Notes under the pieces: generated by a model
Database searches by the model: none
What the model was told of the DNA's origin: nothing
What the model saw: only the letters and a program-made list of their open reading frames with translations
From: Desulfosoma sp.
GTDB lineage: Bacteria > Desulfobacterota > Syntrophobacteria > Syntrophobacterales > DSM-9756
Assembly (NCBI GenBank): GCA_037481835.1
Contig: JBBFKW010000003.1
Coordinates: 67,462-131,461, forward strand
Reading direction: 5' to 3'
DNA: 64,000 bases
Translations under genes and position numbers: made by a program
Part shown: positions 8,894 to 17,413 of the stretch, piece by piece
Numbering within the stretch: the first letter of the stretch is position 1
Layout of the letters: the number at the start of each line of letters is the position of its first letter

Positions 8894-10060
8894 TTAAAGA
8901 GCGTTCTTGTAGATTTGGATGACGTCCTCAAGCGTCGGGCATCGAGGATTGGTCAAGCCGCAGGCGTCCTTCTGGGCGTTTTGGGCCATAATGGGAATGT
9001 CTTGCTCCTTCACGCCCAGTTCGCTCAAACCGCGAGGGATTCCCACGTCCCGGGATAGGGTGACGATGGCTTCCAAAGCCCTTTCTGCAGCGCATCGCGT
9101 GGACAGCCCGGCGATGTTTTCCCCCAAGGCCACGGCGATATCGGCAAACCGCTCCATTTTGGCGATCATGTTGAAACGTTCCACGTGGGGGAGCAAGATG
9201 GCGTTGCAGACTCCGTGAGGCAGATCGTAAAAGCCGCCCAGCTGGTGCGCCATGGCGTGGACATGGCCCAGGCTCGCGTTGTTGAAAGCCATGCCGGCCA
9301 GATATTCCGCGTAAGCCATTTTGTCCCGCGCTTCCACATCGGCCCCGTTGGCCACCGCGGCCCGAAGATTTTCCGCGATGAGTTCGATGGCCTTCAGCGC
9401 ACAAGCGTCGGTGACAGGGGTGGCGATGGTGGACACGTAGGCCTCCACGGCGTGAGTGAGGGCATCCATGCCTGTGGCGGCGGTGAGGGCGGGGGGCATG
9501 CCCATCATGAGCAAGGGGTCGTTGATAGCCACGTTGGGAGTGACCCTCCAGTCCACAATGGCCATTTTCACCTTGGTGTCCGTGTTGGTGATGATACAAA
9601 AACGGGTCATTTCACTGGCCGTGCCGGCCGTCGTATTCACGGCGATGAAGGGCGGCATGGCCTTGGAGGACTTGTCGATGCCTTCGTAATCGCGGATGTG
9701 GCCCCCGTTGGTCGCCACGATGCCGATACCCTTGGCGCAGTCGTGGGCGCTGCCGCCGCCAAGGGAAATGATCAGATCGCAGCGGTTGTCCTGATAGACC
9801 TTCAGGCCGTCATGGACATTGACGTCCGTCGGGTTGGGGACGGTCTCATCGAAGACCACCACATCCAATCCCGTGTCCTTCTTGATAAGCTTGATGATTT
9901 CATCCGCGATGCCCGCAGACACGATCCCCTTGTCCGTGCACAAGAAGGGCTTTTTCCCGCCCAAGACCTGGATTTGACGGCCGATTTCCTTGTGCGCTCC
10001 AATGCCCATCAAGGTGACCGTGGGAATGAAAAACCCGTAGACCTGCTCTCTCACCGCCAT
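8894..10060 (-). CDS. adh: Iron-containing alcohol dehydrogenase
   Basis: LGGGSAHD, NTTAGTASE, GMDALTHAVE, GHVHAMAHQLGG, PHG metal ligands. Confidence 0.95.
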   Translation of the reverse strand: MAVREQVYGFFIPTVTLMGIGAHKEIGRQIQVLGGKKPFLCTDKGIVSAGIADEIIKLIKKDTGLDVVVFDETVPNPTDVNVHDGLKVYQDNRCDLIISLGGGSAHDCAKGIGIVATNGGHIRDYEGIDKSSKAMPPFIAVNTTAGTASEMTRFCIITNTDTKVKMAIVDWRVTPNVAINDPLLMMGMPPALTAATGMDALTHAVEAYVSTIATPVTDACALKAIELIAENLRAAVANGADVEARDKMAYAEYLAGMAFNNASLGHVHAMAHQLGGFYDLPHGVCNAILLPHVERFNMIAKMERFADIAVALGENIAGLSTRCAAERALEAIVTLSRDVGIPRGLSELGVKEQDIPIMAQNAQKDACGLTNPRCPTLEDVIQIYKNAL

Positions 10061-10137
10061 GACTGACCTCCTTACCCATATGTCGATCCTGAAAAGTCCC
10101 TGCGCCCTTCCCTATGAAGGCGCGCACAAACCCCAGG

Positions 10138-10153
10138 ATCAATTTCGGTGCCA
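10138..10153 (-). promoter_or_regulatory. Putative sigma54 promoter of adh
   Basis: Minus strand TGGCAC-CGAAA-TTGAT (correct -24/-12 spacing, -12 GA instead of GC), next to a sigma54 activator gene. Confidence 0.55.
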
Positions 10154-10313
10154 GTCCGAAAAACAAGGAGATAACAATAGATTCGATCGCCGAAGGGTCG
10201 AAGCGCCCCCCTGGATTGGGTCTTTTCGCCGCACGCCCGAACCTCCCCAAGGGGCACGGCGAGTCGGATAAACGCAGGGTAGTAAAGGCATAGAAAAGAG
10301 GAAAGCTCTCTAT

Positions 10314-10359
10314 GGGGCGTTTTGTCCCCTGGTCATGCCCTTGTGGGTCACAACGACAC
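10314..10359. promoter_or_regulatory. Two imperfect palindromes, candidate upstream activator sites
   Basis: GGGGCGTTTTGTCCCC and GGGTCACAACGACAC, about 160-210 nt upstream of the sigma54 site. Confidence 0.35.
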
Positions 10360-10388
10360 ATTGAGAGCCGTGGGCACGATGGGCGGGT

Positions 10389-11732
10389 TTATTCTTCCAG
10401 ACCGTAGGCTTTAATCTTGCGGTAGAGGGTCTTTCGACTGATCCCGAGCGCCCGTGCCGCGTCGCTTCGATTCCCGGAAAAGAGGGCCAAGGCCTTTTGA
10501 ATGTGCAGGCGTTCCACCTCGTGAAGAGGGAGGCATCTGCGTGGATCGGCCCCGTATGGCCGTAGGTCGCCCGTCAGTTCCCGAGGCAGGCTGTGGGGCA
10601 GGATCACGGTGCTTTCCGAAAGGATTATGCACCGTTCCAGCACGTTTCGCAGTTCTCGAACATTGCCGGGCCAGTCGTAGGCCATGAGATGCACCAAAGT
10701 TTCGTCGGCAAGACGGTAAGGATGAGCCGGGGGACTCAAAAGGCCGAGGAGGTGCTCCACAAGGACCGGGATGTCCTCCCGCCGTTCCCGAAGTGGCGGC
10801 AAATGAAGGTGAAAGACGTTGAGTCGATGGTACAGGGCTTCATGGAATCGGCCCGCCCGCATCTCCGCCGAAAGGTCCCGATGGGTCGCGAAAAGAAAGC
10901 GCACATCCACGCTGCGCTCCTGCTGTTCGCCCACGCGCCGAAACTTCTTGGTTTCCAGCAAGCGCAGCAGCGCGCCCTGGAGTTCCAGGGGCATGTCCCC
11001 GATTTCGTCAAGGAAGAGGGTCCCGCCTTCCGCCAAACTCACGAGACCCTCCCGGGTTTCCAGCGCCCCAGTAAAAGCCCCCTTCACGTATCCGAAAAGT
11101 TCGCTGCGCAAAAGATCCTTTTGCAGAGACGCACAGTTCTTGACGATGAAAGGCCCCTTGGCGCGCCCGCTCAGGGCATGGATGTTCCGGGCCGCCACGT
11201 CCTTCCCCGTGCCCGATTCCCCCGTAATGAGTACCGAGGTGTCATGGGGGGCCACTTTTTCGATGAGCTTGATAATGCGGCGTATCGCCTCGGAACGGCC
11301 GACGAGCCGTGGGGCCTCGGCGCCTTTTTGTCCCTCGAGCAGCCGTCGGTTATGTTTTTTGAGGCACACCCGTTCATAGGCTTTGTCCAAGACCACATCC
11401 AGCCGTTCCAGGTTGAAAGGCTTGGTAATGTAGTCGTAGGCGCCCATTTTCATGGCCTTAAGGGCGCTTTCCACGGTCCCGTAGCCGGTGATCATGATGA
11501 CTTCGGCGTCGGGGAGTTTTTCCTTCAGGGAATTCAAAAGATCCAGCCCGTCGCCGTCCGGGAGGCGAATGTCGGCGACGATCACGTCGAAGGTTTCGCG
11601 ATCTGCCATGGCCAAAGCGGCGACCGCGCTTTCCGCCGTGGCGATGTGACGGTGTGGAGCGGCCAATTCCCTTTCCGCAAGTTTGCGGATGGATGCTTCG
11701 TCGTCGATGACAAGAACGCGCATGGGAGTCAT
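10389..11732 (-). CDS. Sigma54-dependent response regulator (NtrC family)
   Basis: Receiver (VIDDE, DIRLP, KPF), AAA+ (GESGTGKD, SELFGYVKGAFTGA, LFLDEIG, WPGNVREL), Fis-type HTH. Confidence 0.95.
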   Translation of the reverse strand: MTPMRVLVIDDEASIRKLAERELAAPHRHIATAESAVAALAMADRETFDVIVADIRLPDGDGLDLLNSLKEKLPDAEVIMITGYGTVESALKAMKMGAYDYITKPFNLERLDVVLDKAYERVCLKKHNRRLLEGQKGAEAPRLVGRSEAIRRIIKLIEKVAPHDTSVLITGESGTGKDVAARNIHALSGRAKGPFIVKNCASLQKDLLRSELFGYVKGAFTGALETREGLVSLAEGGTLFLDEIGDMPLELQGALLRLLETKKFRRVGEQQERSVDVRFLFATHRDLSAEMRAGRFHEALYHRLNVFHLHLPPLRERREDIPVLVEHLLGLLSPPAHPYRLADETLVHLMAYDWPGNVRELRNVLERCIILSESTVILPHSLPRELTGDLRPYGADPRRCLPLHEVERLHIQKALALFSGNRSDAARALGISRKTLYRKIKAYGLEE

Positions 11733-12922
11733 GACATCTTCCCGAAAACGACTCGAAAGACGGATCCTTCCCCCTGTCGGCTTTCCACTTCGATGGAGGC
11801 GTCATGGGCTTGGGCGATGGTATAGCACATGGACAGGCCCATACCCGTGCCGCGACCGACGGGTTTGGTGGTGAAGAACGGATCGAAGATTTTGTCGAGA
11901 TCCTTGGGGGCGATGCCACAGCCCGTGTCCCGGACTTCAAGGAACACGTGGTCTTCCCCGCGGATTCCCGTGCGTACGGTGATCGTCCCCTTCGTGTCGG
12001 CCACGGCGTCAATGGCGTTGAGCAGCAGGTTGAGCAGGAGCTGCTTGATTTCGGAAGGCGTCCCGCGAATGGGGGGCAGATTGGGTGCGCATTCCTGGTG
12101 TAGGCCGATGTGGGGATATTCTTTGAGTTTGTGCCGAATCAAGCGCACCGTGTCCTGGACGCAGCCGTTCAAGTCCACTGCGATCATGGTCCCTGAATGG
12201 GGGCGACTAAAGCTGAGGAGGCCCTGGACGATCTCCTGGCACCGGGCGCATTCGTCCAGGATGATCCCCATGTATTCTTCCAAGTCGGATCCAAAGTCTT
12301 CAGGGAGCCGATCCCGGACTTCAGGCAGCCGCTTTTTGATGGCCTGAGCAAAGCCCAGGATGGCTGTCAGGGGATTGTTGATTTCGTGGGCCACGCCCGC
12401 AGCCAACAACCCGACCGTGGACATCTTTTCCGCGTGGTTCAACTTCGCCTGGTATTCGCGCTCGAGGGTGACGTCCCTTTTCAAGAGGAGGACATGGCAA
12501 GGGCGTCCTTGGGAATCCCTGAGGGGCGACGCCGTGATCTCAAAATGACGGGTCACGTCCCCCACCTTGTAGATGTGTTCCTGGCGGCACAGCCGGTTGG
12601 TGCGGAAGGCGATTTCCGCAGGACAGGGGCGGCACGGTTCTTCCTGCTTTCGAAATACCCTGTAACACGCCCGTCCCACGGGGGAGCTTTCTCCAAAGAC
12701 GTCGTAATACACCCGATTGACGGAAGTAATGCGTCCTTTCGGCGTGATGACCGCCATAATGTCGGTGATGCCGTCCAGAATGGCTTGGATTTGCTGCCGC
12801 CGGCGCTCCAGTTCCACCGTGGAAGCGTGCAGCTGGGCGATCTTTTCTTGGGCTTCTCGAAAAAAGCCCAGCTTGGAATATTCGATGCCGATGAGGTCTT
12901 CCAGCTTGGGAGGGGGTTTCAT
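11729..12922 (-). CDS. PAS-domain sensor histidine kinase
   Basis: Starts MKPPPKLEDL at 12922 (TGATG overlap with the upstream gene); PAS-like region; H-box AHEINNPL, N-box, DTGCGI, FFTTK, GTGMGL. Confidence 0.92.
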   Translation of the reverse strand: MKPPPKLEDLIGIEYSKLGFFREAQEKIAQLHASTVELERRRQQIQAILDGITDIMAVITPKGRITSVNRVYYDVFGESSPVGRACYRVFRKQEEPCRPCPAEIAFRTNRLCRQEHIYKVGDVTRHFEITASPLRDSQGRPCHVLLLKRDVTLEREYQAKLNHAEKMSTVGLLAAGVAHEINNPLTAILGFAQAIKKRLPEVRDRLPEDFGSDLEEYMGIILDECARCQEIVQGLLSFSRPHSGTMIAVDLNGCVQDTVRLIRHKLKEYPHIGLHQECAPNLPPIRGTPSEIKQLLLNLLLNAIDAVADTKGTITVRTGIRGEDHVFLEVRDTGCGIAPKDLDKIFDPFFTTKPVGRGTGMGLSMCYTIAQAHDASIEVESRQGEGSVFRVVFGKMS

Positions 12923-14064
12923 CACCAAGCCTCCTCGCAGATGGACAAGAGATCCTCCCACGTGGCGGGTCTCGGGTTGGTGAGAAGGCACGCATCCTGG
13001 GCGGCCATGCGACATACCGTGGGCAGTTGGTCTCTGTCGGGGACCAGGTCGCGCAGGCGATGTTTCATGCCCAGAGAATGGAACAGGCTTCCCAGGTTTT
13101 CGATGCCCGCAAGAGCCGCCGCCCGCTCGTTGCGCCACTTTTTCCCGGTAAGAATTTTTCCGATTTGAGCCAATTTGGGCAAGGCATGGTCCAAGTTGAA
13201 TCGCATCACGGCCGGCAGCAGCACCGAATGGACCTCGCCGTGGAGGATGTCGAACATGCCGCCCAGGGAATGGGCCAGAGCATGGTCCGCCCCCAAACTG
13301 GCGTTGCTGAAAGCCATGCCTGCCGCCGTGCTCGCGATGCTCAAGGGCTCCAAGACGTCCAGGGATGGTTCCTGGGCCGCTTGAGGCAGATGCGCGGCAA
13401 TGATTTCGATGGCCTTGAGGGATTGCAGTTCGGTGAAAGGGGAGGCGATGACGGACACGTAAGATTCCACGGCATGGGCCAAGGCGTCGACGGCGGCGGC
13501 CAAGACGAGATGCTGGGGCTTGGTGACCAATAGCACCGGATCGATGATGGAAATGTTGGGCACCAGGGTGCGGCTGACGATGGTCATTTTGAGACGCCGG
13601 CGCGTATCGGTGATGATGGCGAACTGCGATATGTCGGATCCGCTTCCCGCCGTGGAAGGCAAAAAGACCATGGGAGGCAAGGGCCGGTGAATCCGGTTGG
13701 CTCCTTCGTAGTCGTGAATGGATCCGCCGTTTCCGGCCACAATGGCGATCCCTTTGGCGGCGTCCATGGGACTGCCGCCCCCCAGGGCGATGATCACATC
13801 GGCCTTCTGTTCGGCATAGAACAAAGCGCCGTGGGCCACCTGGGTGTCTCGGGGGTTGGAGACCACATCTTCGAAGTAGCACCATTGCAAGCCTTCCGCC
13901 GCAAGGACGTCGAAAAGGCGTGAGACCCACCCGGCTTCGCGAAGTCCGGGATCGCTCACCACCAAGGGCTTTTCAGCCCCGAGCCTTTTGGCGCAGAGCC
14001 CGGCGTATTTCAACGCGCCGCGCCCGAAGATGATTTCGGGAATGGAAAACTTGACGATGTCCAT
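12922..14064 (-). CDS. ercA: Fe-ADH-like protein, probably the ErcA-type regulatory paralogue
   Basis: GGGSPMD, PSTAGSGSD, DALAH, HALAH, LHG; translationally coupled to the kinase, as in the ErcA/ErcS arrangement. Confidence 0.75.
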   Translation of the reverse strand: MDIVKFSIPEIIFGRGALKYAGLCAKRLGAEKPLVVSDPGLREAGWVSRLFDVLAAEGLQWCYFEDVVSNPRDTQVAHGALFYAEQKADVIIALGGGSPMDAAKGIAIVAGNGGSIHDYEGANRIHRPLPPMVFLPSTAGSGSDISQFAIITDTRRRLKMTIVSRTLVPNISIIDPVLLVTKPQHLVLAAAVDALAHAVESYVSVIASPFTELQSLKAIEIIAAHLPQAAQEPSLDVLEPLSIASTAAGMAFSNASLGADHALAHSLGGMFDILHGEVHSVLLPAVMRFNLDHALPKLAQIGKILTGKKWRNERAAALAGIENLGSLFHSLGMKHRLRDLVPDRDQLPTVCRMAAQDACLLTNPRPATWEDLLSICEEAW

Positions 14065-14073
14065 GACGTGTCC

Positions 14074-15408
14074 TCATGAGTCCTTGTGGTCGTGCCGGGG
14101 CCCTGCCGTTTCATAGTATCGCCGGTAGAGCACGGCATTGGAAACCCCCAGGAAGTGGGCAAACAGGGTGGCGTGATTGCGGAGCGACGTCTTGAGCAGG
14201 CCTCCGGCGAGGTAACGGCGTGGAGAGGTCGGCAACGCATCGGGAACGACGAGGAGCCGGCCCAGGGGTCGGCACGAGCGCACAAAGTCCACATCTTCCA
14301 TGAGATAGGGCCGGCGGAAGCCTCCGACCGCATCAAAGGTATCCCTGCGGCAGAACATGCCTTGGTCGCCGTAGGGCAAACGAAACAGACGCGTTCTCAA
14401 ATTGGCCCAGGCCGCGATGGCGTTCAGAGCGCGGTTGGTAGGGGAGAAAGCCAGGCGGAAACAACCCAAGGCGAAACGTTCGTCCCGGGCGATGGTTCGC
14501 ACCTGGTAGGCCGCCGCAAAATTGGGAAGACAATCGTCGTGGAGAAACCAGAGAATCCTCCCGGGGCTCACTCGGACTCCGGCATTCATCTGCAGCCCGC
14601 GTCCCAGAGCGCTTTCGACCCACACAAGGCCGTTTGCCCGTTTGTTTTCCGAAAGGGGCGGCGAGGATGAGCCGTGGACGACGCACAGGGTATCCTGGGG
14701 CCAGAGGATCCCCTGGAGGGTCTGCAGCCACGGGCGCAGCGCCGCCCTGGGTGCCGTCGTGGGAACAATGACGGAGACGGGGTTCGAAAACGCCCAGTGG
14801 CGGTCCAGACAAGAAAGATCGTCCGGGCGGTCGATATCGGTCCGGACGGGCAAAAGGGCGGGAGGGAGGCCGAGGCGTTCCAGGGACGTTCGGGTTCGTT
14901 CAAAGACATCGGCCGTTCCCCAGGAAGGGGAGGTGAAAATGGGCGGACACGGCCGACGAAGCCCGATGGCGTAAAAACCGCCGTCCCGGGCCGGGCCCAG
15001 CACGGCGTCCCGGTAATGCAAGCTTTGGAAGGCGTTTCGAAGATCCTTCGCGCTGAGATCGCAAAGATCGGATCCCACGAGAACGACCGTGCCGTAGCCT
15101 CGATGGAAAAGTTCTTGAAAGGCTTCGGCCATGCGTCGGCCCAGGTGTTCCCCCTTTTGGGCAACGACCGGCCACGGGACGCCGAAACGCCGGCGGAAGG
15201 CTTCGAGGTGTTCCTCCGCGCTTACGGCCACAAAGACGGCCGTGTCCGGGCAGAGCCGGCAAAAATCATGGACGACGCCCAAGGTGTAGCGAAGGAGCTT
15301 TTCGTAAAGGTCGCAGGCCGCTTGCGCGCCCAGGTCCGGCACCAGCCGTGTCTTGACCTTTCCCGGTTCGGGGTGGCGCGCGAAAACGATGAGGGCTTTT
15401 CGATCCAT
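14074..15408 (-). CDS. Fusion of a DUF2064/CofC-like (TIGR04282-type) transferase and a GT2 (TIGR04283-type) glycosyltransferase
   Basis: N-half FARHPEPGKVKTRL, QKGEHLGRRM, VGSD, GPARDGGFY, DIDRPDD; C-half VSVIVPT, GRGLQMNAG, PYGDQGMF, LMEDVDF, TSPRRY. Confidence 0.85.
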   Translation of the reverse strand: MDRKALIVFARHPEPGKVKTRLVPDLGAQAACDLYEKLLRYTLGVVHDFCRLCPDTAVFVAVSAEEHLEAFRRRFGVPWPVVAQKGEHLGRRMAEAFQELFHRGYGTVVLVGSDLCDLSAKDLRNAFQSLHYRDAVLGPARDGGFYAIGLRRPCPPIFTSPSWGTADVFERTRTSLERLGLPPALLPVRTDIDRPDDLSCLDRHWAFSNPVSVIVPTTAPRAALRPWLQTLQGILWPQDTLCVVHGSSSPPLSENKRANGLVWVESALGRGLQMNAGVRVSPGRILWFLHDDCLPNFAAAYQVRTIARDERFALGCFRLAFSPTNRALNAIAAWANLRTRLFRLPYGDQGMFCRRDTFDAVGGFRRPYLMEDVDFVRSCRPLGRLLVVPDALPTSPRRYLAGGLLKTSLRNHATLFAHFLGVSNAVLYRRYYETAGPRHDHKDS

Positions 15409-17372
15409 CAGTACGCGAGACTACCCAGGGAACGCATGATGAGCGTAAAACCCATGGCGAGCATGCCCATGAGGCCCATGCCGCATGAAAATCCGGCAAG
15501 GAGCACCGGGGCGTACTGGCGCCAGGCCAACCCGTACTTCTTGGAAAAGTAATAGCGGCCGAGGAAGGCCCCGATGATTTCCAGGAAGATGCCGTGAGGC
15601 GTGGACTGGCCCAGGCCTCGCACGATCCCGTAAATGAGCAGGATGGGCCAGTGGAAGAGGCTCAGGACGGCATAGACCACGGTGCCCAGCCCCAGGCCCC
15701 AGAGGACGTATTGGCCCTTCAGGGCTTCGAAGAAAGGGGAATAGCCTTCCAGAGTGGCGCTTTGCAGGAGCAGCGTGTTTAGCGCCTGCAGGTGCCAGAG
15801 TTCTTGGGCGTACGGGTACTGGCTCGACGGGATGGGGGCCAGTCTCCAGATGTATTGGGAGAACAGAAGGCTGGCGATCATGACCACCGGAAAGACCAAG
15901 ATTTCCGCCTTGATGATGCTTCGAAAGCTCGTGCCCGTCAATTCGATTTCCCGCCAGCGCACCGTGGCCTTTCCGTAATTGTGAAAGGGGATGGGCGCAT
16001 ACCAAATGCCGATCCCATGGTAGCCGAAAAACTTGGACGCGGCGATGAAACTGGCTTCCCGCACCATGGGAAGACTCACGAACTGGCCCGTGATGCCCTC
16101 CATGCGCGCTGAGACGTAACTGATGAACGGCGTATACACGAACCCGTAGGCCACGAGAAAGATCCACGGGAAGCCCGGCACGAGGATGGAACACAGGACC
16201 ACATAGGCAAGGGTTGAAGCCACATAGATGGCGATGGCGATCCACACGCTGAAATCGCCTCGACCCGGCGGCGGTTCGAAGAGCTTTTTCAGCCTCTCGC
16301 GAAGCGGTGCCATGGAATCAGAGCGCAGTCCTCGAAAAACCTGGACGATGCCGATCACCGCGATGGCCAACCCGATGCCGATGCCGAAGCTCATGTAAAA
16401 GTCGAAATTATTGGCGAAAACCGTGTCCACCGTGCCCATGCCCTTATGCCAGCGCTGCAGGATCCCGTGGTGGTACAAAACGGGATTGGCCGCCAAGGTG
16501 ATGAGGAACCCGATGGCGCCACCCATGACGGCCCAGAAGGGCAACACCATGCCGATGAAGAGCAGGCCCAGGTCCAACTGAATGCCGGTGGCCACCGCCG
16601 GCAGAATGTCTTCCGTCACCGGGGTGAGCTCGATCCAGGGAATGGGAAGGAGCCGCACGGGTTCCGAGAGGATCACCCCGGAGGCGGCCGGAAGGAGGAC
16701 GTAGATCGACCCGAAACACAACCCGATCATGCCGCCGATGGAAAACAGCCGCCATTTCCAGCCCGTCTCCTTCTTTTCCGTGGATTCGGCCAGGGCCATG
16801 TTGCCCAAGGCCCCAACGGGCGCCATGGGAAAGGGGAGCTTTTCCACATCGGAGGTCAGCCGGTACAGGGCATAGCCCAAACCGAAATGATCCACGGCCT
16901 GGATGAGCTCAAAGCCCACCATGAGCAGAATGGGCACCAGCCAATCCCTGTGGAAGAAGGTCCTTTCGATGAGGGATTCGGACCCCGGCTGGGGCGCCAC
17001 CCAGGAGGGGATGTACTGGGTGAGCCCGAGCATCCTGGCCGCTTCCGACTGCACCAGGTATTGGTTCCACAGAAGGCCGGAAAACGGCGAGGCCATGGCG
17101 GCTCCGGCCATGTAGTAAAGCACGAAAATTTCCTGCTGGTTCAGCCTCGTGTAGGCCCGTTTGGCCACTTCCGCAAAAAGGATAATCGTCACCCACCGCG
17201 CCGCCGGGCCGATCCCGGTGCCGATCACCAGCCCCAGGTACATGGACCCGGGCATCATGAGAAAGCCGATGAAGATGGCTCCGATGACGGATTTCCATCC
17301 GAAGCCGTCGCGGAATTCTTCCGGGGGCTTCAGAAGATCCCGATATTCTTTAAGTTCCTTGTCCTCGATCAT
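15408..17372 (-). CDS. Polytopic membrane protein, OPT/peptide-transporter-like
   Basis: Starts MIEDKELKEYRD; 654 aa with many hydrophobic segments; EKLPFPMAPVG motif resembles the OPT family; TGATG overlap with the downstream gene. Confidence 0.75.
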   Translation of the reverse strand: MIEDKELKEYRDLLKPPEEFRDGFGWKSVIGAIFIGFLMMPGSMYLGLVIGTGIGPAARWVTIILFAEVAKRAYTRLNQQEIFVLYYMAGAAMASPFSGLLWNQYLVQSEAARMLGLTQYIPSWVAPQPGSESLIERTFFHRDWLVPILLMVGFELIQAVDHFGLGYALYRLTSDVEKLPFPMAPVGALGNMALAESTEKKETGWKWRLFSIGGMIGLCFGSIYVLLPAASGVILSEPVRLLPIPWIELTPVTEDILPAVATGIQLDLGLLFIGMVLPFWAVMGGAIGFLITLAANPVLYHHGILQRWHKGMGTVDTVFANNFDFYMSFGIGIGLAIAVIGIVQVFRGLRSDSMAPLRERLKKLFEPPPGRGDFSVWIAIAIYVASTLAYVVLCSILVPGFPWIFLVAYGFVYTPFISYVSARMEGITGQFVSLPMVREASFIAASKFFGYHGIGIWYAPIPFHNYGKATVRWREIELTGTSFRSIIKAEILVFPVVMIASLLFSQYIWRLAPIPSSQYPYAQELWHLQALNTLLLQSATLEGYSPFFEALKGQYVLWGLGLGTVVYAVLSLFHWPILLIYGIVRGLGQSTPHGIFLEIIGAFLGRYYFSKKYGLAWRQYAPVLLAGFSCGMGLMGMLAMGFTLIMRSLGSLAY

Positions 17373-17413
17373 GGGACGTCTCCGCGTGCCGTTCCCTGCA
17401 CCGCCCGAAGGAC

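Noticed and set aside
11729-13930. 733-aa kinase ORF in the track
   Set aside because: Its N-terminal 335 aa overlap the ercA-like gene in another frame; the real start is 12922, with SD GGAGG and TGATG coupling.
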